Assembly (NCBI GenBank): GCA_050084515.1
Contig: CM114271.1
Span: forward strand, 27,900,001-27,964,000
Origin: Blasia pusilla
Lineage: Eukaryota
Direction of reading: 5' to 3'
DNA: 64,000 bases
The notes under the pieces were generated by a model that saw only the letters and a list, made by a program, of their open reading frames with translations, was not told the DNA's origin and searched no databases. A program made the translations under genes and the position numbers. Each line of letters begins with the position of its first letter. The first letter of the stretch is position 1. This document shows, in pieces, positions 41,259-53,299 of the stretch.

Positions 41259-42287
41259 TGTTGCGACCCTCATAACCAAATGAACAACAAATAGGCACTA
41301 ATTAGAACATCAAAACTCTAGTGGACTCATGCTACGATGATCGCACTTTGGAGAGGCTTTTGGAAAGGTTTCTTGGAAAAGTCCAAGAGACGAAACGTGG
41401 AACACAGTTGTGTGTTTCATGCGTTAGTGGTCGTAACCAAGAAATTTAGACCAAACGCGAACTAAGACTTGAGATGAGTTGAATCTTGGAAGGTTGGTTG
41501 CCAAAGAGATGAGAACCAATTTTGGAACACGACTAGCGTTTGGAAATTTGACTGTGTTTTGGACCATAACGTTTAGCCCTGAGATGCATTCAAGATAAGT
41601 AAAGGCGCATTGGAATGCTTATCCGGAGACGCTTCCAATGCATCAAAGATCTTAGCAAACACATTAGTAGAGGTTGAGATATTGGCCCAAAAATGATTGT
41701 GAGAGCAATCAAGTTGAGGGCCAATCTGAGGGGCATGATTGTCTTTCCCTAAAGTTAGGGGAGGGTGGAGATCCCCAGAAGAAGTAGTAAGGGGGAGTCT
41801 CTCCAAGGAGTCTTGGAACACGAACCCCACCTTGAGCACCAAACGGCATCTCCAAAGCACGGGATGGAACGGGAGGTTGAGCTTGGAACTCAAAACCCAA
41901 AACTGATCGAAGAGAGTGGACTTCGTAAGCCACACTTGGATGCCAACCAGAGATTTATGTTTGTGACTTGCGGTTAGGGACTCATTGAATGCCCATTGGA
42001 CAACTGGAACCGCCAAGCACGAAACACCCTTTGAGGTTCCTGAAACCGACTATAAAGTCTATCCCAAGTCTTTTGAGATTTACATGTGTCATAAACTGCG
42101 AAACTAGGAAGGTTAAGCTTGATGAGAGGCCAAATAAAAAACTCAGCAAGTTAGAACCGCTGATTGATCCATACTCGACTCGCCCGAATGCGTGTTTGGA
42201 TGCAGATCAACGCTGAAAACCTGACCTACTGAACGCACGCTTCAGCAACAACAAAGATTATCGTTCAAGGAGAGTAGGCGCATGACA
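41259..42287 (+). repeat. Older solo LTR related to the chromovirus at 51158-58496
   Basis: Starts TGTTGCGACCCTCATAACCAAA (chromovirus sense: TGTCGCGACCCTCATGACCAAA) and ends GTTCAAGGAGAGTAGGCGCATGACA (GTTCAAGGAGAGTAGGGGCGCGACA). Flanks ccaag/ccacc may be a degenerate TSD. Confidence 0.8.
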
Positions 42288-42532
42288 CCACCCACAAGCC
42301 GTTTAACTTCTACTTGTGCTATCCTCAAGGCTTGCTTACCCTTTTGGTTCATCCTTATTTCAATAAATGGTCCCTCCCTTTTCTCCTTAGATGTGTCTCA
42401 ATGCACAAGCATATCATGACTAGCCGTGACCTGAGGCACAATCTATGGCTCTTGGCCATCTTGGTTTATTCCCTAAACTTCTTGCTCATCTTGACCTTTC
42501 TTTAGCAAATCACTTCGAAGAGTCACATCTCT

Positions 42533-43030
42533 TAGGATAGATCGGTGAGATCTAGTAGAGCGCCTTTATGAGTAGCGGAGGACAACTCAATTGGCTGAGG
42601 ATGACCTGCTGAGGCCCCGGGAAACATGAGAGAGCAGGTTTCCCCTTCGTTTCGGCTCATTTGGAGCCATATTGAGGAACTTAATATTTTAGGTAAGTAC
42701 TATTTTGAGTATATGACCAAATTTCTATTTTTGGTAAGTGCCCTTGACCTCCTACATTAGGTCAAGAGCCAAGGAGATGACTTGGGAGCATAGGTTACCA
42801 TGGAGAGAGCTTGGGAGAGGGGAGGGGTATACCTCAAGGAGAGAGAGCTTGAGAGCTCATTCTCTTTTGTTGAACCTCTTGGCATGAAGTGGCGGAGCTA
42901 TGGTCTTGCTTGCCTTGTGTGTGTAACCCAAGCCTCTCATTAGGAGAGTGGGTTTGGTTTGACATTGAGAGACACAAGAGAGAGTGCACACATGTAGGAA
43001 CTATAGTGTTGTGAGAGAGATTTGATCTTA
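42533..43030 (+). repeat. ~500-bp LTR of the DNMT3-gypsy family (homologues at 37960-38473 and 50095-50589, both minus)
   Basis: Three copies share sequence from TA(A/G/T)GATAGATCGG to (GAT/CAC)CTTA. It lies upstream of gag in A and B and just downstream of the integrase-PHD stop in C1. Confidence 0.8.
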
Positions 43031-44776
43031 CTTAACAAAGAGAGAATGAGAGAGTGAGAGAGCTTCATGGGGGAACTTGCTAGTCACTCACTGTTTTTGC
43101 ACCTTGGGGACCGTGTTCCTTGTTCAACGGCTCATGGGAGTGCTCACCGGAGCAAGTGTTGCTTTGATTATTCTTTGCATTTGCCGATTTTTTGTATGGA
43201 AGAGTGGCGCGTGGAAGCGCTGCCCAATTTCTGATAGGGATTGATTATGGAGGCGGGTTGCCCAATGCCGCTGCTCTGGGCATAGCTTGTTGATTTGTAT
43301 TTTTATAGGTTTTACATTTTCGTTGGGAGAAATCAGCACGGAAGCGCTGCCAAATTTTGTGTAGGAGAAAGAGACATTGGGCTTTACAACAGTTATTGTC
43401 ATTTTTTACTAGAATGTTCGATTCTAAATAGTTTTTGACGTTATTGTAGATCGTGAAGTTGTGCACGCTATGCAACAAAAAATGCATAATTTGGAGTTGC
43501 GAGCAAAAAGTCATGGTCAATTTTGCAAAACTTCCATTTCCAGGCGAGTTTTAGGGTTAAATTGTTCAAACCCTAAATCGGCCGCCTAGCGGGCGGCGGT
43601 CGTCGCCGCCATAGTCACCGCAAATGGTTTGCCATCAACAATCAACCATCACCATCAACGGTCCACCATCCATTGTCCACCCTTTGGTTGTCATTGCCGC
43701 CATTACGGAGTGGAGGGTCTTCCACGACGTTCGTTGATTCTATGACTTGCCTTGCCACAACGTACTTTGTTTTGGCCGCCACCGTCATCGCAGTTTTGTC
43801 GTCAACAAATGATGGTAGATGACATCTGGTTATGGTGTTTGAGTTTTGATTTCATGCTGCTATGTTGTGATTGGTTTCCACTCGACGACAGTCAAGTACC
43901 GTGCCGTGACGCCCGTAGCCGCAACGCGCCGCCGATTGCTGCGCCGTGCCGCTCGTGGCCGCACCGCACCGTCTCGATCACGGAACCGCTCCTTCACTAA
44001 GGAGCAAAGCGTGCGAATTTTTGATTGAGGAGGGTATGTTGCCGAGTGCCGCATATTGAGGAGGGTATGCTTTCCGAGTGCCGTGCTGCTTGTAGCCGTT
44101 CCGTGCCGCCAGTGCCGCATTGGACCGCTCGACCTGCACCACACATCGAGGAGGTTGAGCAGCGTCAATACGAGAGGAGTACGACTTGCTTATTGGAGGA
44201 GATGTCTTCACGACCGAGTTGGGGTCAAGATTTGCAGTTGTCGAGGAGCGACATCGACATTATTGTGAGGTTATCCATTCTGCTCTTTTGACCTGCACGT
44301 GTGAGGGATTTCTGAATATTGGGAAGTTATTTGGGATATTGGGTTTCGTGTTGATGCTAGGAGCATCGATGATGTATGGGTTAAGGGGACATAGACCTGT
44401 GGGATGTCCAGAGTTGAGGATGGTTTGTCGATGAGACGATACATCAGTGATTTTCCGCACCACGCTGCTTGTTGCCACACAACACACGTCTTAGTGAGAG
44501 AGTGTAGATTGAGTGCCGCATGTTTAGTTTGCGTGATTGAGGGATTACTCGCAAGATTGAGAGTGATCATATGAGAGGGGCACAAGGGCCATCACGGCAT
44601 CCTTTTAGGATTTTGAGAGGCAAGGTAGTGGACCTGATGGTAGCTCTAGAGAGTTTACGCGGAGTGGTGCGGGGTTTCGAGGGTCTCCACGTGAGAGACC
44701 ACCTCGATCTCAATCTGTGTCGTCTTCAGACAAGGGGTAGCATATAGAGGAGTGTGTTAGTGATCCACCGTATACA

Positions 44777-45876
44777 TTGATTGGTCCTACCAGTTGGGCG
44801 TACAAGATGGATGACCAGGGTAGAAGACAACGTAGGTTTTTGGGTGTTGTAGGCACTATAGAGCTACACGACTTCATTGCGGAGTTTAGGAGTTGGTGTG
44901 ACTCACAGCGGGCGAGGAACTCTAGAGAGTTCAACCCATTTACAACATGGAATGATATGTTCCAGCATTTAGAGGGGATGCCCATGGGCAATTACCATGA
45001 GTTCTCCAACACATATGCCCAGGAGATTGAGGCATGGCGACTCTACTATGACCCACACTATGTGTCATGGACGGAGTCGTTCCCAGACGAGGAGGAGGAG
45101 TTAGGAAAGGCTACTTCCTCTTCCAATAGTGACGTTTTAGGAGGGGTCACTCGCACTAGAGCTATTGCACAATCTAGTCGGGTTCGTCCCATGTTCAACC
45201 CCATGGTTGAGTTCTCCGCCAAGTTGAGGGCCAGCTACCAAGGGGTACGGACAGAGAAGTTGCGGAGCATCCACGACTTCCAGAGGCACCCGGGTGAGAG
45301 TTTGCGTGAGGCTTACACTCACTTGCGTTGGTTGATCAACGTCACTCACGGGGTGACAGAGGCTCACGTTATCCAATCATGGTACGCGATGCTGGATCGG
45401 ACCATGTGGACACGTGTGCGGGAGGGGGTGCTTCTTATGAACACCTACCCTACGTTGAGAGATGTTTTTAGGACTGCCAAGAACATTGAGCACAACACGA
45501 CAGAGGAGAGCGTAGCCACCATGGGTTCTAGGCGAGAGCAGTCATGATTGTCTGCACCACCTGTGCAGCAACGTGGACTCCGAGATAGGTCGATTGTGGC
45601 ATCACGAGCTCAGGGAGGATATCAGAAGGCCGTGCCACAGAGACCTGCGCCTTCATACTTCATATGCGGCTCAGCACCAACCGCCTAATATTAGATGGTG
45701 CTGCACCAGGAGGTTATCAATGTGACTATTGTCACAGATATGGTCATACACGCGCTAGGTGTTTCAGTTTACATCCAGAGTTACGTACGGAACGAGGACC
45801 AGAGAGGGCACCAGAGCGAGTAGTCGGTCCGGGTGGGGCTAGAGGTCGTGCACCAGGTGGTCCCGTTGGGGGATGA
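44777..45876 (+). pseudogene. gag of copy B with CCHC knuckle
   Basis: ORF 44777..45547 (FIAEFRSWCD...FQRHPGESLREAYTHL) and CDYCHRYGHTRARC at ~45720. Confidence 0.75.
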
Positions 45877-46424
45877 GGAGCTGGAGTTTCCCGACAGGGT
45901 GGTGGAGCTGCCCGTGGAGGAGGTAGAGTCCCACCACCTAGACGTGTTGAGGGAGACGCCGGGCGTGAGGCTGGGATGGCTACTTAGATACAAAAACTAC
46001 AGGAGCAGATTGCCGCTATGGCATTGAGGTTACCCGATGCCGAATCCGTGGCATCAACATCATATGGAGTAGCCAAGGACATGGAGGATCCTCATTGGAT
46101 GTGCGGGGTTGCCCAAATGGAGGCCGCCGTAGTTGTGACACGTGGAGCATCTGCAGAGTGGGATCCACAACGAGGGGAAGCCAGGAAACAGACTAGGCTT
46201 CCTTAGTCTTTCACGTTGTCTGAGGCGATGAGGACCCCATCGATGTGTCCTCATCAAAGTTCTTGGAGAATTGGTGATGTTGTTGGTGTGTAGGCACGGA
46301 GGGAAATGGGAGAAGCAAGTGCGACGACTCCTATTGCTGATGCTCAGGAGGGGCATGTGTCGAGCACGTAGTTGGGGGCGGCCATCGTTGTGTACGCGCT
46401 TCTTTATTTTCTGCTTCCGATGTT

Positions 46425-47100
46425 ATGACGTTGGGAGGTACGCCCGCCGAGGTTTTTCGGCTGGCCACTACGCTATGTGAGCGTGGAGTTGGAGTTCCTT
46501 CATCACGTTCAGAGGTGATTGTAGAGGAGGTGATGGACCTGCCCTTGGAGCGGATGCTCAGGCCGTCCATGTCAGATTCATGGCAGGTTGCGGTTGCTAG
46601 GATGGCGGAGATGCCCGCTAGACCCGCTATAGAGCGTGCCATGGTTTCTCCTGGTGTTGTGTTGCTGGATAACCAGAGAGAGGTCTTCCAATTGGTGAGT
46701 CTCGGAGGTAGAGCTTTTAGTCGGCAACGCGTCTTGTTGGATTCAGGAGCGCAACCCCTGATGTTGGGTAAAGCGTCATTCAGAAGGATTGGGCTTGACG
46801 AGAGCCGATGTAGAGCGTTGTCCGTTCCAGATATAGATATCCTTGGGTGGAGCAAGAACCACATAGTATATCACCCGACAGGAGGTTGTGGTGAGGATTC
46901 GCCTAGGACATCCTACAGATGAATCCGTGGTGCGAGCCAAGACGATAGTGATTGATGCAGAGTCCTACAACGTCTTGGTCGGTGGAGCAATGTTATACCC
47001 GATGGGGTTTTCCTTGGATTACTAGGAGGAGTCAGCGTCCTACAGACTAGGATGGCAGTCAGGTGATGGGTGCCTTAGCTCATTACCCGTTTGATTCACA
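46425..47100 (+). pseudogene. Retroviral-type aspartic protease of copy B
   Basis: RVLLDSGAQPLMLGK...SYNVLVGGAMLY. Confidence 0.8.
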
Positions 47101-47449
47101 AGTGCAGTGATCGAGCAACGGCTAGGAGAGATGGTGACCTTAGCAGCATTTTGTAGTGCCATCACTTGGCCTAGTGATTTGATTGAGGGACATATCTATG
47201 CAGAGGATACTCCCATTCTTGACATTTCTATGGAGAGGAGTGTCATGGTAGCCGCATCAGTTTGTGGAGGAGAGGTGCCGCTTTGGGGCTCTACTGCGGA
47301 GCTTCGACGCTTAGCCACTGAGCATGTGCAGACCGCGTGGAGCGAGATATTTGCATTAGAATGTGATAGGTTAGAGGAACCCCAGGTAGGTAGGAGTGCT
47401 ACTAAGACCCCTTTGGACACCACCCCGATTGTGTGGTGCATCCTTGAGA

Positions 47450-48380
47450 AGGGTATTCGGATGTTGGATCTCTTTGGAGGGATCACCACTGTGTTAGCTG
47501 CTGTTTTGCACTCAAGAGTGTGTGTGCAGCAATATCTGTATGTGGAGATTGATGATGTTGCAAGGCGCGCTTTACTTCACCATGTGGCACTTTTACGCCT
47601 CTTTTTTCCCGACTTGTTGTCTACGTCCGCCATTAAGGCTAGAGTTCCCTACCTAGGGACATTTCATTGTTGGGGGCGCAGGACTTGGATCGGGTAGGGA
47701 CCATAAACTTGGTCATTGCTGGTTGGCCATGTCAGGGCCAATCGAGTGATGGACAAGGTAGCGGGTTAGCTGACACTCGCTCTAGGTTGTTTTGTGAAAT
47801 GATGCGGATCTTGCGACATTTACAAGAGCATCAGTCTCGTTCTCCAGCATATATTTTGGAGAATGTGACAATTTTGGGCAATTCGAGGTCCCACGTGGTG
47901 ACAAGTGCACATCAAGTGCGCGCAAGGATCGGCCCGGTAGTGTTGTTAGATGCAACGAGTGTGGGTTCACGAGCACATCGCCCATGTCTTTGGTGGACCA
48001 ACTTGGTACCACATGAGATATTGCGGAGGGTTTATGCGAGAGTGGAGCATCCCTTCGATTTGTTGGTAGATTCTATATTGGATCCAGGCCATCGATCACA
48101 GGCAGTGAGGCATGATGATCGACCGCCGTGGACTATGGTCAACAAGATTGGCATGCCACGAGCCGCCTTTCCCACATTGGTGAGTTTTTCCTATGCATTC
48201 AAGGAGGCCGGACTTGGCTTGGTTTGGGATGACCATGTACAGAGGTTGGTGGAGCCCAACGCCGATGAGCGAGAGCAAGCGATGGGATTCCCCATAGGAG
48301 TGACGGTAGTACCGTCACTATCCGAGACATCACGACGTCATGTCTTGGGTCAGGCGATGGACCTGAACTGCTTGACATAG
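47450..48380 (+). pseudogene. DNMT3-like C5 cytosine methyltransferase domain inside pol (copy B, one frameshift near 47640)
   Basis: Motifs in canonical order: I IRMLDLFGGI, II YLYVEID, III DIS, IV LVIAGWPCQG, V GLADTRSRLF, VI YILENV, VII LLDA, VIII RAHRPCLWWTNL, IX EREQAMGFP, X SRRHVLGQAMD. Confidence 0.92.
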
Positions 48381-48689
48381 ATTTTCAGCTTAGGAGTTGT
48401 TGAGCAGCGTCATTTGAGGATGCGACAGATCATAATTTTTGCATTGGTGAGCCCCATGCCTACCGAGATGGTTGAGGCAATGGCTGGGGGCGAGACCCGA
48501 GGAGATCGACACACCACGGGTGATCGAGAGAGACAACCTTGGATGTTTTGCAGATACGCCAAGAGATGATAGCCACAACATCGAGCGTGGTTCCGGGAAC
48601 TGCACGTGGAGATGGGAGTTCTATTGTTTAAGATAGGGTTGCACCATAGCAACCATCGACATCTACGCCGGAGAGTCCTATCGTAGTCA

Positions 48690-49962
48690 CGATGGAGACT
48701 TGGAAGCCAGATACGGACCCTAAGTTGACGGGAGGAGAGCGGCGTCGGATACACCAATTCCTTAGGAGTTATAGGAGCTGTTTTGCATTTAGTATGCATG
48801 ATTTGGATACATTGAAGGGTCCAGGGATCCGCATTGAGTTGTCGAGTGACACGCCAATCTTCCGACGACCCTACACAAACAATGACATGGAGAGGGCTCT
48901 GATTTAGAGTAGGAGCCAAGACTTGGTTGGAGCAGGACTAGTGGAGATGTTGCATGGAGAGTATGCATCTGCCATTGTCATGCCCGACAAGAAGGATGTG
49001 CATGGCAACTAGACGGATAGGCGAATGTGTGGAGATTACCGACCTATAAATTGGCAAACAAAGTCCGATATGTATGCCATGCCCACCCTTGAGGAGATCT
49101 TCGATGCAATTGGGCATGCAAAGGTCTTTAGTTCATTGGATTTGCGAGCCGGATACCTATCAGATTGGAGGACAGGCAGAAGAGGGCATTTTGGGGCATC
49201 AATCCTCATGGGAAGGATTGTTTGTACCAGTGGTCGTTCTTACCATTCGGGTTAAAGAACGCCCCGGCTGAGTTTCAGAGGGTCATGGATAGGATCTTGG
49301 TAGGTCTGGATTTTGCTAGGTGTTATATTGATGACATCATAGTCATTAGCGCTACGGTTGAGGAGCATGAGCGACATCTAGAGGAGGTATTTCGACAATT
49401 GCAGTTATATGGGCTAAAGCTATATCCAGGCAAGTGCAAGTTCTTCTACGACCAGATTGAGTACTTGGGTCATACAATATACCCTGGGGGCCTTGGTGTG
49501 CAACAGACAAAGGTAGAGGCTATTTCACGCATTCCACGCCCTACAGATGTGAGTCGAGTTCGTGCATTCATGGGATTGCCGAACTTCTATCGACGGTACC
49601 TCAAGGGTTTCAGTTCAATTGCGAAGCCGCTAACCTTGATGACCAAGGTGGATCAGGAGTGATACTCGGGGGATGAGCAAGAGAGAGCATTTCAGATGCT
49701 TAAGGACATATTGACGTCCGTACGCATATTGAGGAGACCGATCAGGGGTCGTCCTTTCTAGTTGCATACAAATTGGAGCATGTTGGGGCATCGAGCCATG
49801 CTCACCTAGCATGATGATGATGGTAGAGAGTTTGTGGTGGCTTATGCTAGTCACTCGAACAATGCTGCAGAGGCGAAGTATAGCTTGTATGAGGATGAGT
49901 GCTTGGCTGCAGTGTGGGCTGTCGCACATTTCAGATGTTATCTATTCGGCAATCCCTTTACC
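48690..49962 (+). pseudogene. RT and RNase H of copy B
   Basis: RMCGDYRPIN, FSSLDLRAGY, LPFGLKNAPAEFQRVMD, CYIDDIIV, IEYLGH, VVAYASHSN, ECLAAVWAVAHFRCYLFG; several premature stops. Confidence 0.9.
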
Positions 49963-50619
49963 ATGTTGTGCGCATACACATTGCTACACAACATACATCG
50001 TTGTCATCGAACACACACACAAACACACACAATCCCATGCTAACTCATGGCATCCATAGACAGAGGCGAGAAGTACCAAATATCTCCAAAATAATAAGAT
50101 CCAATCTCTCTCACAACACCATAGTTCTCACATATGTCCACTCTCACATGTCTGTCTCAATGTCAAACCAAACCCACTCTCCTAATGAGAGGCTTGGGTT
50201 ACACACACAAGGCAAGACCATAGCTCTGCCGCCTCATGCTAAGAGGTTCAACAAAGAGAGAATGAGCTCTCAAGCTCTCTCTCTTGGAGGTATACCCCCT
50301 TCCCTCTCCCAAGCCCTCTCAACGATAACATATGCTCGTAGGTCATCTCCTTGGCTCTTGACCTGCTGTAGCGGGTCAAGGGCCACTTCCCAAAGTGGAA
50401 ATTCAACTATCCCCAATATGGAAACTTACCCCAAATAGTAAGTTTTCTATATGGCTCCAAATAAGCCGAAACGAAGGGGAAACCTGCTCTCTCAGCTTTC
50501 CCAGGGCCTCAACAGGTCATCCTCGACCTCTTGGGCATGTCCTCCACTACTCGTGCAGACGCTTTGCTAGATCCCACCGATCTATCTTAATCCGAATCAA
50601 AATCTACCTAGTATCTCCT

Positions 50620-50760
50620 CTATATACATCTGAGACACATCCATCGTCCCCGAGGAATCCTAGTAAGAGGTGGCGTCAAACATGCCATATGCCAACCTCT
50701 CAAACATCCATCATAGACTAGCATCGTGGCCGCACCATGAGTAGAACCACACAACATACA
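50620..50760 (-). pseudogene. PHD finger at the integrase C-terminus
   Basis: CMLCGSTHGAATMLVYDGCLRGWHMACLTPPLTRIPRGRWMCLRC* (C4HC3 with one C>Y). Confidence 0.88.
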
Positions 50761-52153
50761 ACGCAAGCCTGCAGGAACTACTGTTGAGCTTGGATCTGCT
50801 GTACCATCAATGTTAGGAAGATGACATGGCGCACAATTACGCACATGGTCCTTCCATACCATACCATTGCGTCTCTCCAGGAAGAGAACACCGGATGGCA
50901 AAACGTCGCGCACTCTCAAGATAGTGCACCCTGCAGTCACATCCAACGTCGTCGGTGCCGTCTGCTACAAGTAGACATAATCTCCCTGATGAAACCTCCA
51001 AATAGTTGGTCGATAATCACCACCCGAATAGTCGCATACCTCAACGTATCCCGATGTTGCGCAATCGCCAAGTTCTCGAACGCAATGGGCATCACTCTCC
51101 AAAATAACTCCGCCCTTTGAGAACATGCTCGCATACATACATCTGGGTCATCAAGGTTGTCGCGCCCCTACTCTCCTTGAACGTCAATCTTTAGTGTTGC
51201 GGAAGCGTGCGTTCAGTAGGTCACGAACTCATCGCCGATCTGCACCCAAACACGCACTCTCGTTAGTCGGGTTTGGCCAACCGGTGTTCCAACCCACCGA
51301 GTCCTAAACTCGGCGTCTCATCAAGCTCAACCTTCCTTAGTTCCTAGCTCCCAACACATGGCAAGTCCTTCAAGACTTGGACGGACTTCTGGTTAGTCCA
51401 GGGGATCTCAAACGGCACTTGCACGCCTAGCGATCCCAACTGTTCAACGGTCCTCGTGTGAGTTCCGAACCGAGACCCAAGTAATTGAGTCGTGGCGTGA
51501 AATCCAAGAGGGATGTCTAAAATCGACTCAATGGACTTGGTGCAGGTTTTCCAACCCAACGCCCAAACTCGCGTTCCGTTCCATGCCCTTGAGCGCCCAT
51601 GGCGCCCAAAGTGGGGTTTGGGTTCCAAGCACTCTCGGAGACCTTCCCCTTACTAGTACTTCTGGGGTTCTCCAATAACCCCTCCCCTTTGGGAAAAGAG
51701 GTTCGGGCCCTTCATTGTGGCCCTCAACCCGACACCACTTACAGTCGTTTTGGGTTGTATCTCGGCCGCTGCTTATGCGTTTGCAGCGATCTTTAGTGCG
51801 TTTTGACCGGCTCTCCATAAGCTTTCCAACGCATCCTTATTTGCTCCAAACGCATCTTGGTACTAAAAGTTATGGCTAGAAATACAGTCAGAAACTCTCA
51901 AACGCAAGTGGCGTTCCAAATCCGGATCTTTCCTTTGGCAACCCACTTCCTAGACTCGACTTCTTTCAAGTCTCATTCGCGTTTGGTCCAGGTTTTTGAG
52001 TTGCGACCATCACATCTGAAACGCGACTTTCGCTCGCGTCTCGTCTCTTGTCTCCTCTTTGAGACAACTCCAACGCAAGAAACCATCTTAGCGTGAGTCC
52101 GCTAATGTTCCGATGTTCCGCTTGGCACTTGTTTGGTCATGAGGGTCGCGACA

Positions 52154-52167
52154 CTCACCCCTCTTTT
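52154..52167 (-). other. Polypurine tract of the chromovirus
   Basis: AAAAGAGGGGTGAG immediately before the 3' LTR. Confidence 0.85.
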
Positions 52168-52844
52168 AGAGTTTGATGCCCTCATCAACGCAAACCTTTA
52201 TTATGTCAAGTCTCCTGGGCAGCCTACCCCTTGACATTGAATTGCGTTCTGGTGGCTAACCCGCAATTCCTCTTAGTCTTTAGTTGTCGCTTTGCCCCAC
52301 TTAGAATTATTAGCCTCTCATCTTCGATAAGCCTGGACTAGTTCCAAGGAACTAACCTATCAAATAAGCTAACTAAGTGTGCAACCTTAGACTCTTTCGA
52401 CTCATTACTGTAAACATCACACCTGTTTACCTGGTCCACAAATCGTACTACTATTGGGTCGCTCTCGTATTCGACTTAGGCGCGTCACTAAGTTTACTTA
52501 TGTGGCCACAAGTAAGATCACCCCAAGCCCCAAGACAGACTTCATCTGCCCCGCCGACGCTAGGGCGAGCCCGAGTGTAATCCAACACAAGGTCCTGTTC
52601 TAGGTGCTTATCCACATACGAGCTCTCACCTCAAATACTCCTTGTCTGTCTTCTTGTCGTACATTCTAAGTCTATGATGAACGACTCATAGCCATGCACT
52701 ACCACATACAAATTGCAATCAACACTGGTATCGAATCTCCAAATCCATACACTCCTTTATTGCAACACTAGCATATTCTAGTTACAACGGCCTTCGGCCC
52801 AAGATTCCAGTGATTACAAGTCATGTCTCTAGCTTCTCCTCATA

Positions 52845-53270
52845 CTAACGTATGTGCTTCGCTTGTGTTCGCTTGAAGTCACACAACAACTCTTGCGCGT
52901 GTTCCAAATCCGCCTCCGCAATCCAAGTCGCCTCCTTCACATGGTAGCCCTTCCATTTTACCAAGTATTCATACTTGTTGGCCCGACGCCTCGAACGTAA
53001 GATGGTCTCCACCTCGAACTCCGGCTCCTCATTTACGATGACCAGGTGCGGTCTCACCACCTGTCTCCGCTCGAAACGTCCATTATCTTGAAGGTATTTC
53101 TTCAATAATGACACATGAAAGGTTGGGTGAATCTTGAACTCGTCCGGCAGCCTCAACGTATACACATCCTCAAACGGGTTTGCCACAATCACATACGGTC
53201 CAGCATACTTGGCAGACAACTTAGTAGACAACTCTTTCGGAAGAGTGAGATTCTTCACACTCAACCACAC
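52845..53270 (-). CDS. Integrase GPY/F module and chromodomain of the chromovirus
   Basis: KLSAKYAGPY...IHPTFHVSLLK...EFEVETILRSRRR...YLVKWKGY...ATWIAEADL. Confidence 0.9.
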   Translation of the reverse strand: MWLSVKNLTLPKELSTKLSAKYAGPYVIVANPFEDVYTLRLPDEFKIHPTFHVSLLKKYLQDNGRFERRQVVRPHLVIVNEEPEFEVETILRSRRRANKYEYLVKWKGYHVKEATWIAEADLEHAQELLCDFKRTQAKHIR

Positions 53271-53299
53271 TTGTTCTCCGACTTGAATCGATTTTGGCG

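Larger units (their letters stand above)
42533..49962 (+). mobile_element. DNMT3/PHD gypsy family copy B (5' LTR-gag-PR-MTase-RT-RH), interrupted in RNase H
   Basis: LTR 42533-43030, gag ~44560-45880, protease ~46700-47050, MTase 47450-48380, RT with YIDD 48690-49660, RNase H to 49962. Confidence 0.9.

Noticed and set aside
47450-48380. Host DNMT3/DRM gene or bacterial restriction-modification methylase
   Set aside because: Intronless, colinear with PR and RT in two copies, unpermuted motifs (not DRM), no restriction gene nearby.
46900-49900. C>T/G>A stop codons as a footprint of the element's own methyltransferase
   Set aside because: Those I checked are mostly in CG or CHG contexts, as expected from ordinary host TE methylation; the CACTA and Helitron show similar decay.
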